A stretch of 63,723 nt of DNA, the filler included, from Octopus bimaculoides (Eukaryota): assembly GCF_001194135.2 (NCBI RefSeq). It is 6 parts of 6 records of this genome, joined end to end, with 100 filler letters (N's around TTAATTAATTAA, not from the genome) between each part and the next. Parts side by side here need not be neighbours in the genome. Positions count along the whole stretch, not along the records: positions 1 to 28,195 come from NC_068996.1; positions 28,296 to 42,645 come from NC_068982.1; 4 more parts are not named here. The stretch is one strand, 5' to 3'. Of this stretch, positions 23,478-38,649 are shown in pieces. The translations under genes and the position numbers were made by a program. The stretch's first letter is position 1. Each line of letters begins with the position of its first letter. The notes beneath the pieces are model-generated. The model worked only from the letters and a program-made list of their open reading frames with translations, made no database searches and was not told the DNA's origin.

Positions 23478-23785
23478 ATACACACATACACACACATATA
23501 TGCACATATACATATACACTTATATACAAATACTTACAGACAAAAAACACACAGACATAAACACACATAAATAAATAAATAAATAAATATATATGTATGT
23601 ATATATAGTAATTTTCTATTTTATGTGTGTATTACACATACACACACATATATGCATATATACATATACACTTATATACAAATACTTACAGACAAAAAAC
23701 ATACAGACGTAAACACACACAAATAAATAAATAAATATATATGTATATATAGTAAATTTCTACTTTATGTGTGTGTGTATAATAC
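23478..23785. repeat. Tandem duplication of a ~155-bp low-complexity unit
   Basis: catatacacttatatacaaatacttacagacaaaaaac...tagtaa.ttcta.tttatgtgtgt occurs twice. Confidence 0.8.
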
Positions 23786-24916
23786 ACACAGAGACGCACC
23801 AAGAGACACATATACACACAAACACACTTCTATGTATATGTTGAACGTATGGTAAACCTTGCAAGCAAGGATGTGTTGTTTGTAAACATACAATTTCAGC
23901 CTTGCTGTGTTAAATAAACAAAGTGGCTACACCACAGGTTTTGCCAGAACAAAAAAAAAGAGAGATTGATATAACTAGTTTTAACATTTATTAGCATTTC
24001 ATCAGAGACAGGCTTACTCACTTCCTGTCCACATAAAGAATATATAAGCATATGGCTATTTATAATACACACAAATTGGCAGAATGCTATACAGTATTTC
24101 TTCTAACTGTAGATGTTTCTTGAGTTCAAGTCTTACCAAGATAAAATTTACCTTTCATCCTTCTGGACTTGATTAAAGAAAAAACAAAACAATATCAATT
24201 TAAGGCAATGGATTGGTTGAACTGTAAAGATGTAGGTACCTGTAATATCTAGTGGGTTGGATGTCTTGCACTGTATTTGTTCTGTCTCTTTGTGTTCTGA
24301 GTCCAATCCCAGCTATAACATGCATGCATGGTAGATTTAACCTTGTTACCTGGTTTAACATTATCTGGCTTCTTGGCTTCTTGTGTGTGTGTGTGTGTGT
24401 GTGTGTGTTTAGTGGAATCCACTCTACTGCAAGTGTTTGTGCCAGGATTCTGGGTTGAGGATACCTTCTCCACTCCTCCCCACCACTTCTGAAGGATTTG
24501 CAAAAGTGTATGAGCACAACCTGCCATCCTGACAAAAAGATGAAAATATATCATCATCATCATCGTCGTCGTTGTCGTCATCATCATCGTCGTCGTTGTC
24601 GTCATCATCATCATCATCATCACCATTTAGTATCCATTGACCATGCTGGCATGGGTTGGATGGTTTGACCAGAGCTGGCTAGCTGGAAGGCTGCACCAGA
24701 ACTCCAGTCTGATTTGGCATGGCTTCCGCAGCTGGATGCCCTCCCTAACACCGACCACTCTAAGAGTGTAATGGATGCTTTTATGTGCCACTGGTACGGG
24801 TGCCATTTACATGACATCGGTCTCTGCCACAACTTTACTTGACTTCATAGGTCTTCTTCTCAAGCATGACATAATGCCAAGGTCTCAATTATATATACAT
24901 ATATATATATATATGT

Positions 24917-24976
<60 letters not shown>

Positions 24977-25151
24977 NNNNNNNNNNNNNNNNNNNNNNNN
25001 NNNNNNNNNNNNNNNNNNNNNNNNNNNNNNNNNNNNNNNNNNNNNNNNNNNNNNNNNNNNNNNNNNNNNNNNNNNNNNNNNNNNNNNNNNNNNNNNNNNN
25101 NNNNNNNNNNNNNNNNNNNNNNNNNNNNNNNNNNNNNNNNNNNNNNNNNNN

Positions 25152-25370
25152 GTGGCACATAAAAGACACCATTTCGAGTGTAGCCGTTTTCGTGCGGGTG
25201 ACACGTAAAAGCACACACTACACTCTCTGAGTGGTTGGCGTTAGGAAGGGCATCCAGCTGTAGAAACTCTGCCAAATTAGATTGGAGCCTGGTGTTGCCA
25301 TCCGGTTTCACCAGTCCTCAGTCAAATCGTCCAACCCATGCTAGCATGGAAGGTGGACGTTAAACGATGA
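25152..25370 (+). mobile_element. Short interspersed repeat containing ggttggcgttaggaagggcatcc (RTE-associated SINE-like family)
   Basis: A near-identical reverse-complement copy lies at 28105-28195 and a more diverged one at 24625-24880. Confidence 0.7.
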
Positions 25371-25974
25371 ACGAATATATATATAAATCCTGAATTCAGA
25401 GCTAAATTAGCATAATTTGCATAACTGGCATCATGTACTGATGAGGCTAATTAATTTTTAACGACATTCTTGACCAGCGAGTTGCTTTTTGAAGGAAGTA
25501 AGGATTGGGTGTGGTGATTTATGCTGGGCCTGGGGTGGGTTTGGGTGTTGGGGGATGAAGAGATGAGTGGGACAGGAGTATCAGTGTGGAGATGGTATGA
25601 GCACAGTCAGTGGCCAAACGGTGCTGCTGAGATTGTTGATGCTGTGCTACTGTATCCTGCAGGGAGTGCAACAATAACAACATTAGTAACATCTGTACCA
25701 ACAATAGCAACCTACTAGAAATAGCAACCAAATATCCCTGAGATAACATATGTAAAATAGAAGGCCATACTGGATAATCCAATTTTAGATGCATTGTACC
25801 AGGTAAAAATAGAATTTTCTGAGCGGGAATATTTTTGCTCATAAGTCTACTGGACAAATGTTGACCTTAGGTTAAACTACTATAAGAATGATAAAAACAG
25901 CAAGGGCTGAGACAACAAAAATAACAGTTTCATCTGAAACAACAATAATTGTGTCTTGAAAATGGTAAAAAACT

Positions 25975-26476
25975 AAAGACCCCTTCAGTCATGAATGACC
26001 ATGGGATTGCACCTAGAAAATTCCCCTCTGAGGCACAAGTCCAAGCAAGGTTGTTCATGGAAGACCAGCAGTCAGCAGTCGTCCATGCATACCGGCCTCC
26101 CCTCTCCATGCCATTATATGTACCTAGGGTAAAGGGTAAACACCCCTTTCGGTCATGAATGATCATGAGATTGCACCTAGAAAGTTCCCCTCCAAGGCAC
26201 AAGTCTGGGCAAGGTTGTTTATGGAAGACCAGCAGTCGCCCATGCATACCAGCCTCTCCTCTCCATGTCATCATTGTTATCCAAGGGAAAGGCAAAGAGG
26301 CCAATACAGTTTGGCACTTGTGACATTGCATTTAATTTCTAAAGCTGAGTGAACTGGAGCAACATGAAATAAAGTGTCTTGCTCAAGAACACAACAGACA
26401 GCCTGATCCAGGAATTGAACTCACTACCTCATGATTGTGAACTCGGTGCTCCAACCACTGAGTCATGCATCTTCAC
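25975..26476 (-). mobile_element. tRNA-derived SINE family D with a tandemly duplicated 3' module
   Basis: On minus, the head has A-box-like tgactcagtgg and B-box-like gttcaattcc, followed by gtgttcttgagcaagacact. A ~165-bp 3' module is present twice (~25975-26140 and ~26140-26290). Confidence 0.75.
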
Positions 26477-28034
26477 AATTGTGTCTTACATAAGCACAAA
26501 GCCTGAAGTTTGCTAATGGGTGGGTTCATTGATTACATCAATCCCAGCATTTAATTAGTTCTTTAATTTTATTGATTCCAGAAAGATGCAATGCAAAGTT
26601 GAATTTGGTGAAATTTGAACTCAGAAGAACTGGAGTAATTATAGTAAAGCATTTTCTCTGATGGTTTGACATCTCTGCAAATCCACTACCCTAACAATGG
26701 TAGGAACAGTAAAAACGCCAGTAACGACCACAAAGAATATAATTCTTTCTATTGTAGACGCATAACCTGAAATTTTAGGAGCGGGGGCTAATCAATTACA
26801 TCGACCCCTGTTCTCATCTGGTACTTATTTTATCAACTTTGAAAGAACAAAAGGCAAGGTCATCCCTTAACTCAGAATCTAAAGAGCCAGAAAGGCAGCA
26901 TGCTGGACAAAATGTTTAACAGTATTTTGTCCATTTTTACATTCTGTGATTCTACCTTTCATCCTTTGGAGGTTGATAAAATAAATACCAGTTAAACCCT
27001 GGGATCAATGTAATTGACTTACCCCTTCTTCTGAAATTGCTGGCCTTGTGCCAAAATTTGAAATTTAACGGATAATAATAATGTCCTCCCAAATCATTCT
27101 ACTCAAGATACTGGTAATAACCCTTGACAATACACAACTCTTGGCTTTACTCCGCGCTGAAGGCTCTCTGCGTATGTCCATTTATATTGTGGCACAGTCT
27201 ATTAGGAGCCAACCAATAGGGGTGTTCTACTTACACACAACAGAAACCAGTATAAAAAGCCAGTAGAAATAGGTTGCTAATGATTTTGCAAACTCACTGG
27301 TAAGCAAATTTGAGGGGGTGGGGTAAGTTAATCCTCATAATTCCATGACTGGTACATTATTTAACCAGCCCCCTTGGAATGATAAGTAAAGTTGAACTCG
27401 GAGTGTAAAGTGTCATGACTAGACACCACAAAGCATTTTGCAGACACTCTAACAATTCTGCCAGCTTGTTGCTTGAATTTATATAAAAGGTAGTACTTAC
27501 AGCACCTAAGTTTCCTAAGTGGTCACCAATTTAAGCACTAACTAGACTCTCAGTAATGCTTAACTCTAGCGATCAGACAAGAACTAGTTGATTGCAACAA
27601 CAACAACAGCAGCAGCAGTAGCAACATTGACAATAACACCAACATACGTTGGTGTTATTGAGGAATTTAGTTACAATCTTTTACATTCTGAGTTCAAATT
27701 GTGTTAAGTTTAACTTTGCCCTTTCATATTTCTGACTTAAAATAATAAAGTACCTGTAATATACTGAGTTTGGGGCAGGGATGTAACATACCAGTAAAAC
27801 AGATAGGAAATTAAATCAAGATAGAGCTAGTGGAATTTCCAATGTCTTAAGTTCAAACTCAATTAAATCAACCTTTGTGGTACTTATTGTATTGGTACTT
27901 TTGTATTGGCGTCAAATTTTGATACAAGGCTAGCAGTTCCACATAATTTGAACTCAGAAATGTATAAAGATAGGACAAAATGTCATCACAGAGCATTTTG
28001 CCCAGCATGCTAATGATTTTGCCAGCTTGCTGCC

Positions 28035-28070
<36 letters not shown>

Positions 28071-28239
28071 GTAATAGTAATAGTAATCATCATCATCATC
28101 ATCATCATCGTTTAACGTCCGCTTTCCATGCTAGCATGGGTTGGACGATTTGACTGAGGACTGGTGAAACCGGATGGCAACACCAGGCTCCAATCNNNNN
28201 NNNNNNNNNNNNNNNNNNNNNNNNNNNNNNNNNNNNNNN

Positions 28240-28251
28240 TTAATTAATTAA
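28240..28251. other. Assembly spacer TTAATTAATTAA inside an N-gap (artefact; also at 42690, 51940, 60142 and 62354)
   Basis: An identical 12-mer with stops in all six frames is embedded between N runs at five places. Confidence 0.9.
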
Positions 28252-29180
28252 NNNNNNNNNNNNNNNNNNNNNNNNNNNNNNNNNNNNNNNNNNNNTATAT
28301 ATATGTACATACGTACATATAAATCGAATATATTGACAGGTGGTAGTAAAAGGAATTAACGACATTCTTTATTTATAAATCACTACAATAGTTTCGATAA
28401 ATTCTTACATCTTTAGGACAAGGCTGAGAAGTTGAGTATTCAAAATCCAAAGCGTAAAATGCAATGCATGTGCGGGTTATGTATCGTTTCTCTGTTTATA
28501 TAAATTCTATGGACTTTCCGATGTATATCCAGCAGGCGAACCTTACTACACACACACACACACACACAAACTGTTTTGCATCACAAGAGCTCATTGCCTT
28601 TCCACAAGTGACTTTGTGAAGAAATTCCTTGCTACTTCTCTTCTCCATTTTACTCAGCTGTATTGAGAAGTATTTTTAGGAAGTCTGCTACATTTTAGCA
28701 GTTTCCATCTAATGACGTAATATCCCCGAATCGCTTAGGAAATTCTCTTAACAAACATAATGTTCTTAAATTAATCTTGTTATATGATGAAAGTGAAATT
28801 GTATGACAAATGTATATAGAAGCCTGTCTAGAGAGTTGTATCCATATGCAAAATGTAATACCACTGATTGCATGCGAGAATCACGCGCTGCGTAAGAGAG
28901 TGGTGTCCTTGTCTATGGAATGCTTAATCACTTCGTGTTAATTGGGGTCTAAAAAATTGAGTTCATGGATGAAAAGGATCCTTGTTGTTGTTAAGATGGA
29001 GGCTTACGAATCAAATTTATCATCTTCATTTCATATTGAGATACAAGGCTAATATGTCGAGGGGAGGTTTTAGATCAATTTCATGTGGCCCAGTGATCAG
29101 TTGGTACTCATTTTATCGAAGCCCGAAAGGATGAAAAACAAAGTCTACCGCGGGGGAATTTGAAATCAGAACGTAAACAG

Positions 29181-29341
29181 GCGCAGGAGTGGCTGTGTGG
29201 TAAATAGCTTGTTTACCAACCACATGGTTCCGGGTTCAGTCCCACTGCGTGGCACTTTCGGGAAGTGTCTTCTACTATAGCCTCGGCCCGACCAAAGCCT
29301 TGCTAGTGGATTTGTTAGACGGAAACTGAATGAAGCCCATC

Positions 29342-29390
<49 letters not shown>

Positions 29391-29600
29391 TATGTTTGTG
29401 TGTCTGTGTTTGTCCCCCAACATCGCTCGACAACCGATGCTGGTGTGTTTACGTCCCCGTAACCTAGTGGTTCGGCAACGGAGACCGATAGAATAAGTAC
29501 TGGGCTTACAAAGAATAAGTCCTGGGTTCGATTTGCTCGACTAAAGGAGGTGCTCCAGCATGGCTGCAGTCAAATGATTGAAACAATTAAAATAGAATAA
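29181..29600 (+). mobile_element. tRNA-derived SINE family A, full length
   Basis: Head gcgcaggagtggctgtgtggtaa, internal (TA)n and a conserved 3' end. Confidence 0.85.
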
Positions 29601-29899
29601 GAAAAAACAAAAGATGCGAAATAATGCTAAGCATTTAGTCCGGCGTCATAACGATTCTACCAGCGCGCTGCATTGACCAGATTTTTCATGTTGTTGCCTA
29701 AAACAGTTAGTGAAATCTCAATGAAAACTATCAGGTCACATTCGTCCGAGAGTAACGGCTAAGCATCTTCCATTGTAACTATATTTTTTACAGATATAAA
29801 TGTTTTGGAATGCGCGTTCGTTGATCTGATAAAACATCAGTATATTCAATAGTTAGTTTATTGAAGGGGTTTTACTTTCGTAGATTTAAGTAGCATTGT

Positions 29900-30420
29900 T
29901 AATATGCCATGATTGTATTCCTCATCACGTGGGAAACATTTTACACTGGTTTGGTATTGATTTCTCTTGACTGTATCTTCCATCATCCTCCCATTCTATT
30001 ATATTCCAGGATATATTGATTAAACACTGATTTAAGTAACTATTCTAACCAGCTATTACACCTTTTAACTGCTTTCTCTTTTATCTCAATTTCACAATAA
30101 CTTATTTACTTGGTGTACATCCCACCTCAGGTTTCTAATGGCAAGATGTCCAGGATATCTTCAATTCAAACCATACCTCTGCAGCTTGCGCAATTCCCAT
30201 TTCCAATATGTTAAAGGATGCAAGCCTGTAATTAATGCCGCGATGTCGATACCCATAGTCCAAGGAATGGCTCTACTGAACAATTCAAGGATATAAACGA
30301 CTAAACTTATATGCAATTATTTCCTCAAAATGAGCTCGTTGCTGAATCTTCAAATGATATAAGCTCCATATCCATGCAGGGAAAACAATTAAGCATGATT
30401 GCAATGTAGTGGCGAAATAA
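29900..30420 (-). mobile_element. Highly degenerate CR1/L2-like LINE RT remnant (tentative)
   Basis: Only scattered resemblance to RT C-terminal motifs. No continuous ORF. Confidence 0.3.
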
Positions 30421-31752
30421 TATTAAGCACATTAATTCCTTTGCTAATACCAACTGTTTGCAGTCAATACAGGGCTCTCTAAAACCATTTACATGCTTTA
30501 AAATTGTATATCAGATGTTTGCAGTATGAAAAATACTATAAAAGAAACTAAGATATCTCAAGACAATGAAAAATGAGTCTAAACTTTAAGAAATGAGGAT
30601 GGGCTAAGCCATTAAATTTTTTTTAACATAAATCGTTTTCGACTTTAATTGTTTCAATCAATGCACAGTCACAATACTGAAGCAACGTGATGGAATCTTA
30701 TAATCTATCGTTTGTTATTTACGTACTGTTCCTTATTCTCTCGTGTTCTTAATTAGCGAACGGTCATAGCACAGAAACATACACAGAAACACCGGTTGCC
30801 TTTGCAATAAAGCAAAAATGCTTACAAGCACAAACATGCACATACCCCCCCCCCATGTTCATGCTTACTTTAAAAGGGAAGCTTTGACTATCACTTTAAA
30901 ACTTTGCCTTGCTCGCCTATATCATACTGTCTGCAAAACTAACCAAGTCGAAGTCACTCTCAGCTTGTTATTGAAAATTTTTAACGTGAATATATAAATA
31001 CATACTTACCAAAAAGGTATTGAACAATCCTTCAGTCTAACGTCAACTTATATATAACTTGATATAAAAACAAGCATAAATGCAAATACAATTTCCTGTA
31101 TAATAAACTCATGCAACGTATTTGATCGCCGCTATTAAATACTTTTATCTGCTAGATTTCTAATTAATAAAATTTTGATCTATTTGCCAGTGTTCAGTTT
31201 AAAAAAAAAGAAACAGTTAACTTACGCAAAGTGAGTGAGATTTATAAAATTCCTTTAGAAATTTGCTGCATTAAAAAAAAAAAAGAAAGATATATTTTGG
31301 CTGTAAGGTTTCGAATCCGATCAAGGGGTACCGTTGATTTACAGTCTTTCCAGAGTCACTGAAATAAAGTACTATTTCATTACGGATGATTGGTGAAATG
31401 TTTAAAGTGGTGGGAAAAAATATACTCGTTACGGTATTTTTTTACGACTCTTTATGTGGAGAATTTGTCTGCATGTAAACGCAAAGAAGGTGCCATCTAA
31501 ATTGTATCCACAAAAATGCAGCGGTAAAACACATCCTACGAAAATAGCCCGATAGATATATAGTTCTGAAAGTGGAAGTCACCAGAGATCTGTTGCTGAT
31601 CTGTTGGGTGGATATAAATTCTGATAACATGCATGGGATCTATATTGAAGAGATGAGGAATTATGTACATTATTTACATTTTTTACATTTAAGGGATATT
31701 TGTCCTCATCTTGTTTGTTGTTAACACAACGTTCCGGCTGATATCCTTATTA

Positions 31753-33111
<1,359 letters not shown>

Positions 33112-33249
33112 TAACAATAATGTTATAAATATATAGAAGGGCTTCAAGTGGTGGTGGAAGAATAGTTAGGGAATAATTGGACAGGGTGCTATTGTTTGAA
33201 CCTTAAGAATAACCTGTGTTTACAATTAAGTATTAGGTGGCTCCATTCA

Positions 33250-33480
33250 TTTAGAAAATCGTTGCATTACATAGCAGAGACGACCTCTGCGATGCAGAGA
33301 TGGAATTTGTTGTTATAACCGTTATGCGGTTTGGCACGGGTAACGATAGACCATTTTAGATCTGTTTATTTCTCCATACGGGTTTTTCTATTTTGCCTTT
33401 TGACGAGAATGTTATCTTTATTTAATTATGATTTCTTTGGCCTGATGAATAGCTAGTGGGATCCATCTCTTTGAGTAATT
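33250..33480 (-). mobile_element. Penelope-like GIY-YIG endonuclease C-terminal fragment
   Basis: Minus-strand KWSIVTRAKPHNGYNNKFHLCIAE resembles the PLE KWSI...C.LC..E motif. Confidence 0.55.
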
Positions 33481-33829
33481 ATCCCTTCCGATGTCCTTCT
33501 AGCTAAAAACCATATGTAGTCTGAATAAGGGTCGAAGGTCCATGAAGTCTGTTGATCAACTTTTCAAAGCAGGGAGAAATAGGTAAATTTAACAAGATTG
33601 TATGCCTACTACAGTGATAATCGTACACATAAACACACTGACACACACATACCAGATATATATCTATATATATACAACATGCTTCTTTCTCCTTCCGGCT
33701 GTCAAATCGCCTCATAACGCCGTGAGCGGTCCGTGGGCCATATTACTTACTCAAAATGCGACGCAATGGAACTAAACTTCTTACCACATGCAACACATGC
33801 GCTTTTTGAATGTGCGTACAGGTAAATGA

Positions 33830-33872
<43 letters not shown>

Positions 33873-33912
33873 CGCGCTTGTGTGTGTATATGTCTGTATG
33901 TGTATGTAAGTG

Positions 33913-34275
33913 GAGGCGTTAGGGCAGCGGACTCGCGGTCGTAGGATCGTGGTTTCGATTCCCAGAGGGCTTTGTGAGTGTTCATGGAGCGAAAACACCT
34001 AAAGCTCCACGAAGCTCAGGCGGAGAGTGGTGACAAACCCTGCTGTACTCTTTCACCACAAATTTCTTTGACTATTACTTCGTGTTTCTGTTGTGCCTGT
34101 AATTCAAAGGGTCAGCCTTGTCACTGTGTCACGCTGAATATACTCGAGAACTACGTTAACGGTACACGTGTCTGTCGAATGCTCACCCACTTGCACGTTA
34201 ATTTCACGAGCAGGCTGTTCCGTTGATTGGATCAACTGGAAACCTCATCGTTGTAATAGACGGAGTACCACCTTA
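33913..34275 (+). mobile_element. tRNA-derived SINE family B
   Basis: Head gttagggcagcggactcgcgg...ggtttcgattccc. The body is shared with 54330-54660, 46265-46512 (minus) and 39950-40160. Confidence 0.8.
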
Positions 34276-35134
34276 CGATGTATGCATGTATGCGCAGGCG
34301 CGTGTGCATACACAAACCTATATTTGCGTGCATCTGTGCAGCCATTAACAACTGAAATATAAGAACTACTTTTCCAATACAAGTATTTGCTACAATTTAA
34401 TTTTACTAATAGAGTCTCGAACGGTGCTACATACGGCAATGTTCGAAATGAATATATTGAGAATCCTTTGATGAGTCGCCTTGCAGCACCTAACAGGTGT
34501 CAAATATGTAAATTGTGTTAAGTTCTCACTGGTTTACAACTCATACAGATCCTTGCACATTAGTTGGAATGTACGTATAGATAAATGGATAAAAATAATT
34601 CCACTCATTCGTATGGCATTTCAGAAGTAAATTATATTACACGTTAGTTTCCCTTACAGCTGTATAATATTCCATATAGGCATATATAGTTACATGCACA
34701 TATTCTTCTATTCACTTATGGATACATAATTATGCATACAAACACGTGTATATATAAAAAAAAGCAATTATATATACGCATATGGATGTCTTTGAATAAG
34801 AGTAAACATGGTGGAGAAAACAGTATTGGAATATTGGAATAGAATAAAAAAGGTAGAGTAATATGACGTGTCATGTTGAAGGTGATGGGGCGAGATAATG
34901 GATTATTTCAAGCTAAACATAACCGGCAATCAAACCTCACTTTCACGATCAGTTACATGAAACGTGGAGTACAATCTGCAATAACATTCTTAGCATACAC
35001 ACATGCATACATATGCACACACACTCACACACACACACAACACACACACGCACACACGCACACATATTTATTCAGTATCCCTTAGATGGTTGTTTAACAT
35101 CTAACTCATATAGACGTATCTATCTATCTATCTA

Positions 35135-35165
<31 letters not shown>

Positions 35166-36289
35166 NNNNNNNNNNNNNNNNNNNNNNNNNNNNNNNNNNN
35201 NNNNNNNNNNNNNNNNNNNNNNNNNNNNNNNNNNNNNNNNNNNNNNNNNNNNNNNNNNNNNNNNNNNNNNNNNNNNNNNNNNNNNNNNNNNNNNNNNNNN
35301 NNNNNNNNNNNNNNNNNNNNNNNNNNNNNNNNNNNNNNNNNNNNNNNNNNNNNNNNNNNNNNNNNNNNNNNNNNNNNNNNNNNNNNNNNNNNNNNNNNNN
35401 NNNNNNNNNNNNNNNNNNNNNNNNNNNNNNNNNNNNNNNNNNNNNNNNNNNNNNNNNNNNNNNNNNNNNNNNNNNNNNNNNNNNNNNNNNNNNNNNNNNN
35501 NNNNNNNNNNNNNNNNNNNNNNNNNNNNNNNNNNNNNNNNNNNNNNNNNNNNNNNNNNNNNNNNNNNNNNNNNNNNNNNNNNNNNNNNNNNNNNNNNNNN
35601 NNNNNNNNNNNNNNNNNNNNNNNNNNNNNNNNNNNNNNNNNNNNNNNNNNNNNNNNNNNNNNNNNNNNNNNNNNNNNNNNNNNNNNNNNNNNNNNNNNNN
35701 NNNNNNNNNNNNNNNNNNNNNNNNNNNNNNNNNNNNNNNNNNNNNNNNNNNNNNNNNNNNNNNNNNNNNNNNNNNNNNNNNNNNNNNNNNNNNNNNNNNN
35801 NNNNNNNNNNNNNNNNNNNNNNNNNNNNNNNNNNNNNNNNNNNNNNNNNNNNNNNNNNNNNNNNNNNNNNNNNNNNNNNNNNNNNNNNNNNNNNNNNNNN
35901 NNNNNNNNNNNNNNNNNNNNNNNNNNNNNNNNNNNNNNNNNNNNNNNNNNNNNNNNNNNNNNNNNNNNNNNNNNNNNNNNNNNNNNNNNNNNNNNNNNNN
36001 NNNNNNNNNNNNNNNNNNNNNNNNNNNNNNNNNNNNNNNNNNNNNNNNNNNNNNNNNNNNNNNNNNNNNNNNNNNNNNNNNNNNNNNNNNNNNNNNNNNN
36101 NNNNNNNNNNTATATATATATGTATATATATATATAGGGAGAGATAGAGAGATACAGGGTGTGATGGGATGGGTAAACCGTCACCATTTTATATCATTAA
36201 TTTCACGTATACGCATTGCTTGCTTTGGATTTTAGCGACTACACAGTATAGTATGGACAGTTGGGCACCTTCCATGAGAAAAAAAAACA

Positions 36290-36990
36290 GCACCATAATA
36301 CAATTCACTCCGCCAGAAAAATGGAAACGACATGCTGTACTGTCAGGCATTTGTGCCGGAGGCTCCAATACGAACATTTCGGAGTGTCTGTGTGTCAGTC
36401 TGAGGACAGTGCAATCTGAGGACACGTACCCGGCATGATAATGATCAAACATCCAGTGGAAATCACGGAGTTAGGAGTGATCACTAGTCATGGCAACGTT
36501 TTGCCTCCATTTATGTACTCACACGGCCTCAGACTCAAAAGGGAGGCCTGCATCAAGTATCTGGAGGGGGTAGTGCTACCCTGCGTGAAGGGGATGGCTG
36601 CTGGAAGACCCAGTGTCTGCCATCAGAACTCTGCACTATGCCACACACACAGGAAAACGCAGTCATGACAGTCTGACAATTTCTTCGACCACATCACCCC
36701 TAACATCTGTTATTCTAACTCCCCAGACTGCAACCTCCTTGATTATTGTGTGTGGGGCGCAGCTGAGCGAGAGACAAACAGAATTCCTTGTAGCATCAAA
36801 GATGAATCAAAGGCAAAGATTATGGCAACATTCACCAACATAAACAAGGAGACCGTTTACAAGAGTTGCGGGAGATTTTTAAGTCTTCGGGAGGCCGTGG
36901 TTGCAGCCAATGCCGATTTTATTGAATAAATTTACTCTTCAGTATTTCAAGATATTTTTATGTAATTTTAGTAAATATATCTATTAAAGT
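36290..36990 (+). mobile_element. maT/Tc1-mariner internally deleted transposon, second copy
   Basis: PPEKWKRHAV...LRTVQ is joined to IKHPVEITELGVITSHG and a CHQNSALCHT motif. It is colinear with 10400-11060. Confidence 0.85.
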
Positions 36991-37134
36991 GAGATGTCAT
37001 AGTTATTTTAATTTTTGCGTAATTTAGACGACATTTTATTCATCGCACCCTCTATATATGTATGTATGTATCTATGTATGTATGTGTGTATGTATGTATG
37101 TATGCATGACTGTATGTATGTATGTATGTATGTG

Positions 37135-37166
<32 letters not shown>

Positions 37167-37570
37167 TGTATGTATGTATGTGTATATTTTTTTTCTGTGT
37201 TTGTCCCCCACTATCGCTTGATAGCAGATGTTTGTGTTTTCGTCCTCGTAACTTAGCGGCTCGACAAAAGAAACAGATTGAATAAGTACTACGTTTAGAA
37301 AAAATAAGTCCTGAGGTCGAATTCTTCGACTAAAAAACCCTTTAAGGTGGTAATCCAGCATGGCCACAATATATAGAAATATTTAAAAAAGCATTTCGCT
37401 CAATGTTTCCACAATTTAATCGTTTATCATGCTTTATTATTAGTTAAAGAAGTTGCAAAGTCTGAAACCGGTACTAAAATATTCTTCATGATAAAATTAC
37501 TTTAGCATTTTCTACCTTGCCTTTTTTTCCTTATACATATCAACTCGTGTGTTCCTTTACAAGCTTCTAC

Positions 37571-37680
<110 letters not shown>

Positions 37681-38158
37681 CATACGTGATAAAATTTATG
37701 ATATATGCATAGCTACACTGAGTCTCATTCAGGCGATTAGTCAGGATCTTTTGCTAAACATAACAATATCATCTGCATACATACAGTGTGTATTGTTTGT
37801 TCATTTGAATTACTTAGCCAGTCACACAAACATTCAATGACATATCTATTGATTTATGAATTCTGACAATGTCATGTTGGGTTCGATATTGAGAGACACA
37901 TAATATTATAGAATAGGTTCTGTACATATATTAAACAGGTAAACAACATAATTTGTATGCATGCACAGAATCTCAGATCTTAAAATTACACGTGTAACGT
38001 ACAAAAGCCATCTGTAATCTGAAATGGGTCTTATAATCTTAAATATCTAACACATATTAACAATCTCAGTCAATATTTCTTTCTATCATTCTGTATGTAT
38101 GGATGTGTGCAAGATACACACACACAAATACATATAGACTCGAGCGCACACACACACG

Positions 38159-38205
<47 letters not shown>

Positions 38206-38649
38206 GCGCACACAGCGATATATACATACATATATGCCTACACNNNNNNNNNNNNNNNNNNNNNNNNNNNNNNNNNNNNNNNNNNNNNNNNNNNNNNNNN
38301 NNNNNNNNNNNNNNNNNNNNNNNNNNNNNNNNNNNNNNNNNNNNNNNNNNNNNNNNNNNNNNNNNNNNNNNNNNNNNNNNNNNNNNNNNNNNNNNNNNNN
38401 NNNNNNNNNNNNNNNNNNNNNNNNNNNNNNNNNNNNNNNNNNNNNNNNNNNNNNNNNNNNNNNNNNNNNNNNNNNNNNNNNNNNNNNNNNNNNNNNNNNN
38501 NNNNNNNNNNNNNNNNNNNNNNNNNNNNNNNNNNNNNNNNNNNNNNNNNNNNNNNNNNNNNNNNNNNNNNNNNNNNNNNNNNNNNNNNNNNNNNNNNNNN
38601 NNNNNNNNNNNNNNNNNNNNTATATATATATATATATATATTTATATTC

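Noticed and set aside
27213-27257. CCAAT plus TATAAAA as a plus-strand promoter
   Set aside because: Both are common words in AT-rich DNA, there is no downstream gene evidence, and the site overlaps a candidate minus-strand exon.
28240-28251. Recurrent TTAATTAATTAA islands (also 42690, 51940, 60142, 62354) as a biological motif
   Set aside because: They are always embedded between N runs and carry stops in all frames, so they are an assembly spacer.
28340-28385. Hammerhead-like remnant (also the half motif at 31722-31746)
   Set aside because: The core is mutated or truncated and stem I is unsupported. The evidence is too weak to call.
33913-33970. tRNA genes at SINE heads
   Set aside because: The A/B-box-like heads continue into shared SINE bodies and do not form complete cloverleaves.
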